Source: Malacoraja senta
Lineage: Eukaryota
NCBI GenBank assembly: GCA_038087875.1
Contig: CM076000.1
Location: 806,001 to 870,000 of the forward strand
Direction: 5' to 3'
DNA length: 64,000 nt
A program made the position numbers and the translations under genes. The notes beneath the pieces were generated by a model. It was not told the origin of the DNA and searched no databases. It saw only the letters and a list, made by a program, of their open reading frames with translations. Positions 38,838-52,009 of the stretch are shown piece by piece. Numbering within the stretch: the stretch's first letter is position 1; the number at the start of each line of letters is the position of its first letter.

Positions 38838-41800
38838 TCTATCTATCTATCTATATACTTTTAAAACTCTCTGGCTGTCGTCCGTCTGTACGTCTGTACG
38901 TCTGTACGTCTGTACGTCTGTACGTCCATACGCCGCCTATTTTTTACCATTTCTAAAGAGATTATATTTATCTTTACGAATAGCCACTCCTGATTAAATT
39001 TGGTCGTGTTTATGTACACTTTTTTAAATAAAATACTTCTCCCCCCCCCCACCAAACATTACAAAATGTTTAAAAAAACAGCTCAGCCATAGAATGTTAG
39101 TAAAGATTCCATTGTGTGATGTCACAATGCCCGATGCTCACAGATGTCCAATCGGAATGGACCAATTTACATATGCCTTGGCAGCAGCCCCAGCCCCTCC
39201 CCCCCCACCCCCGCAGCCTGTGTCGAAGGGCGTCGCCACGTGTGTGGGAATAGAGAAAGATGATTGGGGGTGATAGGGAATGGGGAACAGATGGACTGTC
39301 CCTACCCCTCTTACTTCCACTCTCCCTCCCCCTCCTCTCTCCTCTCCCCCTCCCTCCCCTCCCTCTCTTCCCCCTACTCCTCTCCCCTTCCCCTCATCCC
39401 CTCTCTCCACCTCTAACATCCTCCCCCCCCTTCCTGCCCTCCCCGCTCTCCTACCACTCCCCACTCTCCTCCCCCTCCCTCTCCCCCACCCTGCTCTCTT
39501 CTCACTCACCAATCTCTCCCCTTTCCTCCTCGCCCTCTATCCTCCCTCCCCCTCTCCTCTTCTCTCCACACCCCGTCTTCCTCTCCCCCTTCCCCCCGAG
39601 TGTGTTTGCGGGGTGGTTAGTGTGTGTGATGCCGCAGCACCCCCCCCCCTCCCGCAAACGCGCGTTGGGAAAACAGCCCGCCAACAGTCTCTCTGTCTTT
39701 AACACGGAACTGCAGATGCTGGAAAATCAAAGATACACAAAAAAAAAGCGGTATAACATCAGCGGGTGCAGCAGCATCTATGGATCGAAGGAAATAGGAA
39801 ACGTTTCAGGTAAAAAAAAAACTGAGGATGGGCTTCGGCCCAAAGCTTTGCCTATTTCATTCGTTGCATAGATGCTGCTGCACCCGCTGTGTTTCTCCAG
39901 CTTTTTTTTGTGTACCAGTCTCTCTGTCTCTCCCATCTCTCTCTCTCTCTCTCTGCCCTTCTCTCTTCACAGCCCGCGGCTCGACTCATGCACGCCCGTT
40001 CCAAACACCCCCTTCACCTTTCTCCCCCATCGTCTCCTTCCTCTCTCCACCACTCTCCTCTCTCCCCCTCCTCTCTCCCCACCTTTCTCTCCCCCCTCCT
40101 CCATCCCTCTTCAAATTTTTAACATTAAATTTTGTCTCTCTGCCACCCCCCCTCTAGAAGCACCTGAGAGGTGAGGGCTATTCATCAGTGGATAGGGTGG
40201 AGATGGGATAAAAGAATCAAATTTAAAAATTAATGTAATATCAAGGGGTGTGATGAGTGTGTGTGTTTGTGGATGCTGGATTCCGTGCTTTGGAGGAAAG
40301 GGGGTGGTTAGTGTGACGCAACAGCCCCTCCCCCCCCCCCCCCGCAAACGCACGTTCGGTGTCCAGACCCAACGGGTCTGCACTTGGTCTAGTATACTTT
40401 TAAAACTCTCTGGCTGCCGTCCGTCTGTACGTCTGCACGTCTGTACGTTTGTACGTCTGTACGTCTGTACGTCTGTACGTCTTTACGTCCGTACGCCACC
40501 TTTGATACCGCCCCGCGCCCGCGCGGCGCGCGGAAACGCCGATATTTTTTACCGTTTCTAAAGAGGTTACGTTTATCTTTACGAATAGACGATCCCGATT
40601 AAATTCGGTCGTGTTTATGTACGCTTTTTTAAATAAAATACCTCTCCCCCCCCCCAAACCAAACATTTCAAAATGTTTAAAAAAGCAGCTCAGCCGTAGA
40701 ATGTTAGTAAAGATTCTGTTGTGTGATGTCACAATGCACAATGGTCACAGATGTCCAATCGGAATGGATCCATTTACATATGCCATGGCAGCAGCCCCAG
40801 CCCCTCCCCCCCAACCCCGCAGCATTGGGCATTGTGACATCACAAAACGGAACCTTCATTTACATTCTATTGCTGAGAGCTGTTTGTTTAACATTTTGAA
40901 ATGTCCCCATTCCCTATCACTCCCACACACGTGGCGACGCCCTGCGACACGTGTGACAAATCGAAATGAATCCGTTTACATATGTCTTTGCAGCACCCAC
41001 AGCCCAAGCCCCTCCCCCCCACCCCCGCAGCCTGTGTCGAAGGGCGTCGTCACGTGTGTGGCAATGGAGAAAGAGGATTGGGGGTGATAGGGAATGGGAA
41101 ACAGATGGACTGTCCCTACCCCTCCTACTTCAACTCTCCCTCCCCACTCTTCCCCCTCTCTCCTCTCCCCCTCCCCCCCTCCCTTCCCCCTTCACCACCC
41201 CTATTCACCCCCATCTCCCACCCACCCCCTTCACCTCTCTCTTGCACCACTCCCTGCTACCCCTCTGCCCCTCACTCCCCACTGTTCCCACCTCTCTCCC
41301 TCCCCCTCCCTCTCTCCCTCTCTTCCCCCTATTCCTCTCCCCTTCCCCTCATCCCCTCCCCCCTTCCTGCCCTCCCCACTCTCCTCCCACTCCAAACTCT
41401 CCTCCCCCTCCCTCTCACCCACCCTGATCTCCTCTCCCTCCCCAATCTCTCCCCTTTCCTCTTCCCCCTCTCCCCTCCCTCCCCCTGTCCTCTTCTCTCC
41501 CCACCCCGTCTCCCTCTCCCCTCTTCTCTCCTCCCTCCCCCCGAGTGTGTTTGGGGGTGGTTAGTGTGAGTTTGGGGGGTGGTTAGTGTGAGTGTGATGC
41601 CGCAGCCCACCCCCCCCCCCTCCCGCAAACGAGCGTTGGGAAAACAGTCCGCCAACAGTCTCTCTGTCGTTAAGACGGAACTGCAGATGCTGGAAAATCG
41701 AAGGTACACAAAAAAACCCTATATCATCAGCGGGTGCAGCAGCATCTATGGATCGAAGGAAATAGGCAACGTTTCGGTAGAAAACCAGTCTGAGGATGGG

Positions 41801-44800
41801 CTTTGACCCAAAGCGTTGCCTATTTCCTTCGCTCCATAGATGCTGCTGCACCCGCTGAGTTTCACCAGCTTTTTTTGGTGTACCAGTCTCTCTGTCTCTC
41901 GCCTCTCTCTCTCTCTCTGCCCTTCTCTCTTCACAGCCCGCAGCTCAACTCATGAACACCCGCTCAAAACCCCCCCCTTCACCTATCTCCCACATCCTCT
42001 CCTTCCTCTCTCCACACCCTCCTCTCTCTCCCCCTTCCTCTCCCCCTTCCTCTCCCCCCTTCCTCTCCCCCTTCCTCTCTCCCCTTCCTCTCCCCCCTTC
42101 CTCCTCCCCCTCTTCAAATTTTTTTAATTCTAACATTAAATTTTCTCTCTCTGCCCCCCCCCCCCTCTAGACGCACCTGAGAGCTGAGCGCTATTCGTCA
42201 ATGGATAGGGTGGAGATGGGATAAAAGAAGCAAATTAAAAGGGTTGTGATGAGTGTGTGTGTTTGTGGGTGCCTGATTCCCACCCCGCAACCGTGCTTTG
42301 GAGGAAAGGGGGTGGTTAGTGTGACGCCACAGCACCCCCCCCCCCCCATCCGCAAACGCACGTTCGGTGTCCAGACCCAACGGGTCTGCACTTGGTCTCT
42401 CTCTCTCTCTCTCTCCCCATTCTCTCTCTCCCCATTCTCTCCCTCACCTTTCTCTCTCTCCCTTCTCTCTCTCTCCCTTCTCTATCTCCCTTATCTCTCT
42501 CTCTCCATTCTCCCTCCCTTCTCTCTCTCTCTCTCTCTCCCTTCTCTCTCTCCCACTTCTCTCTCTCCTTTCACTCTCTCCCTTCTCTCTCTCCCTTCTC
42601 TCCCTCACAGCCCGCGACTCGACTCATGCACGCCCGCTCCAACACCCCCCCCCCTTCACCTCTCTCCCCCATCCTCTCTTTCCTCTCTCCACCCCTCTCC
42701 TCTCTCCCCCTTCCTCTCCACCCTCCCTCTCCCTCTCCTCCTCTCTCCCCACCCCGTCTCCCTCTCCCCTCTTCTCTCCCCACCCCGTCTTCCTTCCCCC
42801 CCCATCCCCCCGAGTGTGTTTGGGGGTGGTTAGTGTGAGTTTGGGGGGTGGTTAGTGTGAGTGTGATGCCGCAGCCCACCCCCCCTCCCGCAAACGCGCG
42901 TTGGGAAAACAGCCCGCCAACAGTCTCTCTGTCTTTAAAATATTAATATAATATCAAGGGGTGTGATGAGTGTGTGTGTTTGTGGGTGCCAGATTCACAC
43001 CCCGCAACCCTGCTTTGGAGGTACAGACCCAACGGGTGGTTAGTGTGACGTCACAGCCCCCCGCCCCAAACACACGTTCGGTGTCCAGACCCAACGGGTC
43101 TGCACTTGGTCTGCACTCCCCACTCTTCCCCTCTCCCTCCCCACCTCTCTCCCTCCACCCTCCCTCTCTCCCTCTCTTCCCCCTACTCCTCTCCACTTCC
43201 CCTCATCCCCTCCCCCCCTCTCCCCCCTTCCTGACCTCCCCGCTCTCCTCCCACTCCAAACTCTCCTCACCCTCCCTCTCACCCACCCTCCCTCTCACCC
43301 ACCCTGATCTCCTCTCCCTCCCCATTCTCTCCCCTTTCCTCCTCCCCCTCTCCCCTCCGTCCCCCTCTTCCCTCCCCTCCCTCCCCTCTTCTCTCCCCAC
43401 CCCGTCTCCTTCTCTCCCCCTCCCCTCCTCTCCCCAACCCCGTCTCCCTCTCCCCCACTCCCCCCGCCTGTGTGTTTGGGGGGTGGTTAGTGTGAGTGTG
43501 ATGCCGCAGCCGCAGCCCCCCCCCCCCCCAAACGCAAGGTAAACAAAAAAATGAAGTATAAACTCAGCGGATGCAGCAGCATCTTTGGATCGAAGGAAAT
43601 AGGCAATGTTTCATAACAAAACACGTCTGAAGATGGGTTTCGGCCACAAACATTGCCTATTTCCTTCGCTCCATAGATGCTGCTGCACCCGCTGAATTTC
43701 ACCACCTTTTTTGGGTGTACCAGTCTCTCTGTCTCTCCCCTCTCTCTCTCTCTCTGCCCTTCTCTCTTCACAGCCCGCAGCTTAACTCATGAACACCAGC
43801 TCAAAACACCCCCCTTCACCTATCTCCAACATCCTCTCCTTACTCTCTCCACACCCTCCTCTCTATCCCCCTTCCTCGCACCCCTTCCTCTCTCCCCCTT
43901 CCTCTCCCCCCTTCCTCTCCACCCTCCTCCTCCCCCTCTTCAAATTTTTTTAATTCTAACATTAAATTTTCACTCTCTGCCCCCTCCCCCTCTAGACGCA
44001 CCTGAGAGGTGAGGGCTATTCGTCAGTGGATAGGGTGGAGATGGGATAAAAGAAGCAAATTAAAAAATTAAGATAATATCAAGGGTTGTTATGAGTGTGT
44101 GTGTTCGTGGGTGCCAGATTCCCACCCCGCTACCTTGCTTTGGAGCAAAGGGGGTGGTTACTGTGACACCACAGCACCCCCCCCCCCCCACCCGCAAACG
44201 CACGTTCGGTGTCCAGACCCAACGGGTCTGCACTTGGTCTAGTATATACTTTTAAAACTCTCTGGCTGTCGTCCGTCTGTACGTCTGTACGTCTGTACAT
44301 CTGTACGTCTGTACGTCTGTACGTCTGTACGTCCGTACGCCGCCTTTGATACCGCCCCTGGCCCACACAGCGCGCGGAAACGCCGATATTTTTTACCATT
44401 TCTAAAGAGATTACATTTATCTTTACGAATAGCCACTCCTGATTAAATTTGGTCGTGTTTATGTACTCTTTTTAAAATAAAATACTTCTCCCCCCCCCCA
44501 CCAAACATTACAAAATGTTAAAAAAAACAGCTCAGCCATAGAATGTTAGTAAAGATTCCATTGTGTGATGTCACAATGGCCGATGCTCACAGATGTCCAA
44601 TCGGAATGGGCCAATTTACATATGCCTTGGCAGCAGCCCCAGCCCCTCCCCCCCACCCCCCGCAGCCTGTGTCGAAGGGCGTCGCCACGTGTGTGGGAAT
44701 AGAGAAAGATGATTGGGGGTGATAGGGAATGGGGAACAGATGGACTGTCCCTACCCGTCTTACTTCCACTCTCCCTCCCCCTCCTCTCTCCTCTCCCCCT

Positions 44801-46267
44801 CCCTCCCCTCCCTCTCTTCCCCCTACTCCTCTCCCCTTCCCCTCATCCCCTCTCTCCACCTCTAACATCCTCTCCCCCCTTCCTGCCCTCCCCGCTCTCC
44901 TCCCACTCCCCACTCTCCTCCCCCTCCCTCTCCCCCACCCTGCTCTCTTCTAACTCACCAATCTCTCCCCTTTCCTCCTCCCCTCTCCTCTTCTCTCCCA
45001 ACCCCGACTGTCCCTACCCCTCCTACTTCCACTCTCCCTCCCCACTCTTCCCCCTCTCTCCTCTCCACCTCCCTCCCCTCCCACACCCTCTCTTACCCCT
45101 CCACCCCCTCTCTTCACCCCCATCTCCCCCCCCACCCCCTTCCACTCTCTCTTGCACCACTCCCCGCAACCACTCACTCCCAACTCTTCCCCTCTCCCTC
45201 CCCCACCTCTCTCCCTCCCCCTCCCTCTCTCCCTCTCTTCCACCTACTCCTCTCCCCTTCCCCTCATCCCCCCTCTCCACCTCTAACATCCCCTCCCCCC
45301 CCTCTCCCCCCTTCCTGCCCTCCACGCTCTCCTCCTAACTCACCACTCTCCTCCCCATCCCTCTCCCCCACCCTACTCTCTTCAACCTCACCAATCTCTC
45401 CCCTTTCCTCCTCGCCCTCTATCCTTCCTCCCCCTCTTCTCTTCTCTCCACACCCCGTCTTCCTCTCCCCCTTCCCCCGAGTGTGTTTGCGGGGTGGTTA
45501 GTGTGTCTGATGCCGCAGCACCCCCCCCCCTCCCGCAAATGCGCGTTGGGAAAACAGCCCACCAACAGTCTCTCTGTCTTTAACACGGAACTGCAGATGC
45601 TGGAAAATCAAAGATACACACAAAAAAGCGGTATAACATCAGCGGGTGCAGCAGCATCTATGGATCGAAGGAAATAGGAAACGTTTCAGGTAAAAAAAAA
45701 ACTGAGGATGGGCTTCGGCCCAAAGCTTTGCCTATTTCATTCGCTCCATAGATGCTGCTGCACCCGCTGTGTTTCCCAGCTTTTTTTTGTGTACCAGTCT
45801 CTCTGTCTCTCCCATCTCTCTCTCTCTCTCTCTGCCCTTCTCTCTTCACAGCCCGCGGCTCGACTCATGCACGCCCGTTCCAAACACCCCCTTCACCTTT
45901 CTCCCCCATCGTCTCCCTTCCTCTCTCCACCACTCTCCTCTCTCCCCCTCCTCTCTCCCCACCTTTCTCTCCCCCCTCCTCCATCCCTCTTCAAATTTTT
46001 AACATTAAATTTTGTCTCTCTGCCACCCCCCTCTAGAAGCACCTGAGAGGTGAGGGCTATTCATCAGTGGATAGGGTGGAGATGGGATAAAATAATCAAA
46101 TTTAAAAATTAATGTAATATCAAGGGGTGTGATGAGTGTGTGTGTTTGTGGATGCAGGATTCCGTGCTTTGGAGGAAAGGGGGTGGTTAGTGTGACGCAA
46201 CAGCCCCTCCCCCCCCCCGCAAACGCATGTTCGGTGTCCAGACCCAACGGGTCTGCACTTGGTCTAG
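38838..46267 (+). mobile_element. head-to-tail array of non-autonomous Helitrons (38838-40392, 40393-44242, 44243-46267)
   Basis: 5' TC, 3' hairpin cagacccaacgggtctg then cacttggtCTAG; inserted between A and T with no TSD (empty site attgtata^tatttctataaa in the tandem units); (gtacgtct)n near the 5' ends. Confidence 0.88.
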
Positions 46268-48874
46268 TATTTCTATAAAATCTCCTCTCATCCATCTAAA
46301 TTCCAGTGACTACAAGCCCAGTCGACCCATTCTTTCATCATATGTCAGTCCCGCCATCACGGGAACCTGGTAAACCTAAGCTGCACTCCCTCAATAGCAA
46401 TAATGTCCTTCCTCAAATTAACAGACCAAAATTGCACACAATACTCCAGATGTGGTCGCACCAGGGCCCTGTACAACTGCAGTAGGACCTCCTTGCTCCT
46501 AAACTCAAATCCTCTCACAATGAAGGCCAACATGCCATTCGCTCTCTCCATTGCTGCAGTACCTGCATGCTTACTTTCCAGTGACTGATGTACAAGCACG
46601 CCCAGGTCTCGTAGCACCACCCCTTTTTCTAATCTGACACCATTCAGATAATAATCTGCCTTTCTGTTCTTGCCACCAGGGTGAGGCAGTGAAAGGCTGC
46701 TTTTCACAGTTGAAGCTTTGTGACTAGTTGTGTGCCACAGGGGCAGATGCTAGGTTCACTGTTATTCATCATACATATTAACGACATGGAAGAGAATGTA
46801 GTTGGCATGTTTGGTAAGTATGCTGATGACACCAAATTAGGTGGTACAGTGGACAGTGAAGTTCGTTATCCGAGATTACAATAGGATCTAGATCAACTGG
46901 AAAACAAGCCAAGGATAGGGAGATGGAATTTAACCCAGACAAGTATTGCATTCTGGCAAGTTAAACCCAGGACAGGCATTACACAGTAAGTGGCAGGGGG
47001 TTGGAGAGTGTTGTAAAACAGAAAGATCTAGAGGTACAAGTACATAGCTCCTTGTAAATCAGAGATCTCCAAAACATCAACACATACAAAGATGCACTCC
47101 AAAAGCATCACCATTGACTAGCACGTCCACCACCACCATCATAGTGCTGAGTGATGCTCTACCTAGAGCTTTTCATCGTACTACATCCAGATCCAGATCC
47201 AGAAATGGTGACACAGGTAGCCAGAATAATGAAGAGAGTGTTTGCTTGTTCAAGAGCCTTGATCATACAGGGCATACAGTACAAGGGTTGCAATGTCATG
47301 TTACAACTGTATAAAATGGTGGTAAAACCACACTTGAAGTATATCGTCCAGTCTGATCATCCAGCTATAGGAAGAATGTCATTGAGCTGTGTAGAACAGA
47401 TTCACAAGAATGTGACTGGGACTGGGGGCTTGAGTTATAAGGAGAGACTGGATAAATGGCAGCTTTATCCCGGAGGGTAGGAGGACCTTATAGTGGTATG
47501 TATAATCATGGGGCATAGATAAGAGAGTCAAACTAGAGGACATAGATTCAAGGTGAGAGGGAAAAAAATGTAATGGAGAGTTGAGGGGCAACTTTTTCCA
47601 CACAGGTGGTGTCAACGTGAAACAAGCTGCAAGGTGAAGTGGCAGAAATGGGTACAATTACAACATTTGAAAGACATTTGGACAGGTACATGGATAGAAA
47701 AAATTTAGAGAGATATGGGCTAAATGCAGGCAAATATGACTATCTTGTGTAGGCAACTTAGTCAGCATGGACAAGTTGTGCCAAAGGGTCTATTTCCACA
47801 CTTTATAACTGTAAGGCATTCTATACAAGCATCTTCATCCAAATAGGACTTATCTGGAATTGAAGACAAGCTACTAACTCGAAGCAGGGAATGGATATGC
47901 ACCAACTGAATTGGGATTAATAACGTCTTCAGTTTTTTTCCTACATTTACATTGCTTATTTGTTAGATGATGGAACAGAGATCTGTAAATCTGAGTAGAA
48001 GTACACAATGGAAACTCATGGGCTAAATGGGAGGGCAAAGTTGTTGCAGATAAAGTCTCATCTGCCAAGCAGATATCTACCTGCACCCAAGAGTTACAGA
48101 TGTGCACAAGATCAAAGGTTCAAGGTCAAAGTACAGACATTTCCAAAAGCAAGCAGACAGGTATAAAAAAGGGAAATTTAATTTTGGGTCTTCAGAAAGT
48201 CAAATATAGAAAAGCATCGAAACAGGCTCTTTGCATCCATGCCGACCATCAATCACTTGTTTACATTCATCCTAATTTAATCCTTTAAAAAAAATTCTTC
48301 CCATATTTTCATCACCCCCCCATTATGTTCAGTTCAGGAAAGATATATCATTAAAAAACATAGTTAATATCATATCATTAAAAAACATGTGTTAATCACT
48401 CAGCCTCTCAAGCATGCCTTGCCATTCAATAAATCTATGTCTAATATTAGCTTGGAAAGAGGTACCAAAATGATACCAAGTCTAATAAAGTTATAACAAA
48501 ATATACTATGGATTAGAATTTTACTCCTTTAACTATAAAACATTAAAATGATGATCTTGTTAAGATGATTGAAAGATTTCAGAATTTTTTAAACTATATA
48601 TTTCAGCAGCAGATTTCAGAATGAGGGATATAACACTTTGGTAATTGAAGATATCTAAATTAACTGTTGAAGGTTAGTCCATTTAAAATATTAATGCTGA
48701 GACTTATGTATTTTTGTTCGGGCAAAGAGGTGGATGGCGTTATACATTAAACGTGACCTAATTAAACTGGTAGAACAGGCTAATTTGGTTCTGTTCCTGT
48801 AAGTTACTGTTATACAATAAAAAACAGTAACTGACGGGAACCATACTAAATTATTCAGAACCTGTTGTACCAGT

Positions 48875-49762
48875 ATGTAGACAAAAGTGCTGGAGAAACT
48901 CATCGGGTGCAACAGCATCTATGGAGCGAAGGAAATAGGCAATGTTCGGGCCGAAACCCTTCTTCAGACTGATGTAGGGTGGGTAGGGGGGGGGTGGCGA
49001 GGAGAAGAAAGGAAAAAGGAAGCGGAGGAGCCCGAGGGCTGAGGGAGAGCTGAGAAGGGGAGGAGACAGCAAGGGCTACCGGAAATTGGAGAATTCAATA
49101 TTTATGCCGCTAGGGTGCAGACTGCCCAAGCGGAATATGAGGTGTTGATCCTCCAATTTCCAGTGGTGCTCACTCTGGCCATGGAGGAGGCCCAGGACAG
49201 AGAGGTCGGATTCGGAATGGGAGGGGGAGTTGAAGTGCTGAGCCACCGGGAGATCAGGTTGGTTAATGCGGACCGAGCGGAGGTGTTCGGCGAAACTATT
49301 GCCAAACCTACGCTTGGTCTCACCGATGTAGATCAGCTGACATCTAGAGCAGCGGATGCAATAGATGAGGTTGGAGGAGATGCAGGTGAACCTCTGTCGC
49401 ACCTGGAACGACTGCTTGGGTCCTTGAATGGAGTCGAGGGGGGAGGTAAAGCGACAAGTGTAGCATTTCTTGCGGTTGCAAGGGAAAGTGCCCGGGGAGG
49501 GGGTGGTGTGGGAGGGAAGGGAAGAATTGACCAGGGAGTTAACGGAGGGAGCGGTCTTTGTGGAAAGCAGACGGGGGAGGGGGGAGATGGGAAGATGTGG
49601 CGAGTGATGGGGTCACGTTGGAGGTGGCGAAAATGACGGAGGACTATTTGTTGTATGTGACGGCTAGTGGGGTGAAAGGTGAGGACTAGGGGGACTCTGC
49701 CCTTGTTACGAGTGGGGGGATGGGGAGACAGAGCATTGTTACGGGGTATGGAAGAGATCCTG
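48875..49762 (-). mobile_element. Penelope GIY-YIG fragment, copy 5 (most diverged)
   Basis: ORF 49076..49402; runs into unique flank at ~49762. Confidence 0.88.
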
Positions 49763-51080
49763 CTATGCATCAATTCTCTGACATTTTTCTGGAATGCTTG
49801 ATCCTGCCATAAAAATGTCAAATGAGCCGAGGTAAAGGAAAGTGGCATTAAGGTTGTATGGGATATTGGGTAGGGGGAAAGCTGAGTGAAGGTAAAAGGT
49901 CAACCATGATTTCATTGAGCAGGCAGAAGAATTAAATAGCCTACTCCTGTTTTAACTTTTTGTGTTCTAATGATCTTACATTGCAAAATACACATGTAAC
50001 CTATGACCTAGATTTGTAGTACATAACAAAAGTTTGCAGATCGTGAAAATAGCCAGAAAAATACACTACGCGCTGGAGTAATTAACGGGCCAGGCATCAT
50101 CTCTGCCTACTCACATTATCCAAAGGTGCTGCCTGATCCGTTGGGTTATTCCAGTCTCTAGCTTGTGTCTTTTTTGTAAACCGGCAACTGCAGTTCTTTG
50201 TGTCTATGAAAACGTGCCTGTTTATTTTGTCAAAACTAGCTTTTAATATGTCTATTTTGTATTGCTTCATATCATACCTCACTGATTGAGTGGGACCCAA
50301 CCTTCTCTTGAATTAGAAAGTTGAGTATTGAGTGCTCAACACCCAGACCAGAGCAACTTCAAAGATAACCTGCAGTGGGTGTTATCTCTCAGATTGTCTG
50401 ATAAGTCTTGAGCTGTTCACACAGAAGATCCCATGATACTATTTAAAGATGAGTAGGAGTTCTTCCTGATGTGCTGGAATATATTTATTCCCCTTAAAAT
50501 ACCTCCAGATCAGACTGTGATATTTTATCTCATCGTTTTTGGAGTTTATTATGCATACATTAGTTGTCAAAGCTTCAAAAATAATCTGTTTTCAAACATT
50601 TTTTTAGAGCAACAGGTAAGCTATCTATATGAATGTAAATGAATTATTTCCCGTCACAGTGAGAAATACATTTGGAGTAATAGGATGGGAAAGAAATATG
50701 CAAGAGAGCAGTTGCATAAATAAACCAGAGCGGTCAGCTGTCATACACCATAAATCGTGCCTTGGACAGATTGCACACTCATCTAAACTCAGAAATTACA
50801 TTACTTATTTATATATAATAAGCATATGAATGCATATTCCTCTTGGGTGCTTATATGCAGTCTGCTCATTTTGTGACTGATCTGAATCAAAAATATGATT
50901 GCAAAAAGCCATGCTTAGGATCATTCAAAAGAATGATTATTTAAAACCAGATCTGTTCTAAATCTGCAGACAAATTTATTCAAAGTGTTCAAGTTACTAG
51001 ATTCACCCAAAGCACATTAATTTTGCTATTCGAGATCTTCCATGGAGCCTAAACAACATGTTCATGAGAGCTGCACCTTT

Positions 51081-51890
51081 TCAATCAATCAATCAATCAA
51101 TCAGTTTTATTCGTCACATTGCACATAAAGTGCAAGTAAAATGAATTTGCCAGCAGCGGTACAATGATAAAGAACACCCAAAACACACTAAAAATTTAAC
51201 GCAAACATCCACCACAGCGTTCATCACTGTGGTGGAAGGCACAACATTTGCCCAGTCCTCCTCCATTTTCCCCCGTGGTCGGGACCTCAACCCTCCGCAG
51301 CCGTCGCTGCGGGCGTCCAGATGTACAGACAGGTAAAAGTCCAGGTAAGTCCAGAGTCGGCTCTTCCCCACCGGAGACCACGGCTTCAGGTTGGTGTATG
51401 CCGCAGGCCGGCGGTCGAAGATTTAATGTCCCCGCCGCGCCGCAGCCAGAAGCACCGCAGACCGCAGGCCGATGGTCAGAGCTTCTTCTCCTCCCGGGTC
51501 CCCCACGAGGGATCCCAGGCTCCGGGCGCCGCCAGCTGGAGCTATGCAGACCGTGGCTTCAGGCTGCCGTGGACCAGCGAACGGAGCGCTCCCCTCCGGC
51601 GAGCCCCAGCGAGGGCTCACCCGCTCCACGCCGAGAGTCCGCCCTGCGCCCGCCGCTGAAGCCCCGGGCGCGTCTCCGGGAAAGGCCGCCCGATCCTCAA
51701 TGTTAGGCCACAGGGGAGGCAACCTGGAAAAATTTGCCTCTCTGTGGAGGAGGCGACCGAAACAGTTTCCCCCTTACCCCCCCCACACCACCCCCCACAC
51801 AAGACACACAAAGAAACATTAAAAACATACATTAAAACACACTAAAACGCTGTGACAGGGCTGCCGGCTTGCAGCGCCCCCACTGACCGA
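51081..51890 (-). mobile_element. GC-rich non-coding retroposon with (TTGA)n tail
   Basis: Minus-strand end aaattcattttacttgcac...gtgacgaataaaactgattgattga; body is GC/CpG rich; family not identified. Confidence 0.55.
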
Positions 51891-52009
51891 AAAGTAGTTT
51901 TCATTTCTTTGTAGAAAAGGATGCACCAAATTGAAAAAAATTAGAATTATCAATAGTATAGTTCTCTCACTTAAAATATATTTTATTTATATTATTAGTT
52001 ATTTCTTGT

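Noticed and set aside
39138..46046. Many Pro/Ser/Leu- or Gly/Arg/Glu-rich ORFs
   Set aside because: Produced by stop-poor C/T low-complexity tracts inside the Helitron array
50595..50622. Possible plus-strand microexon (ttttttagag-caacag-gtaagc)
   Set aside because: The motif is too short to distinguish from chance, and no host gene is identified
51248..51822. Overlapping 100-150 aa ORFs
   Set aside because: GC-rich repeat body that is open in several frames, with no domain motifs
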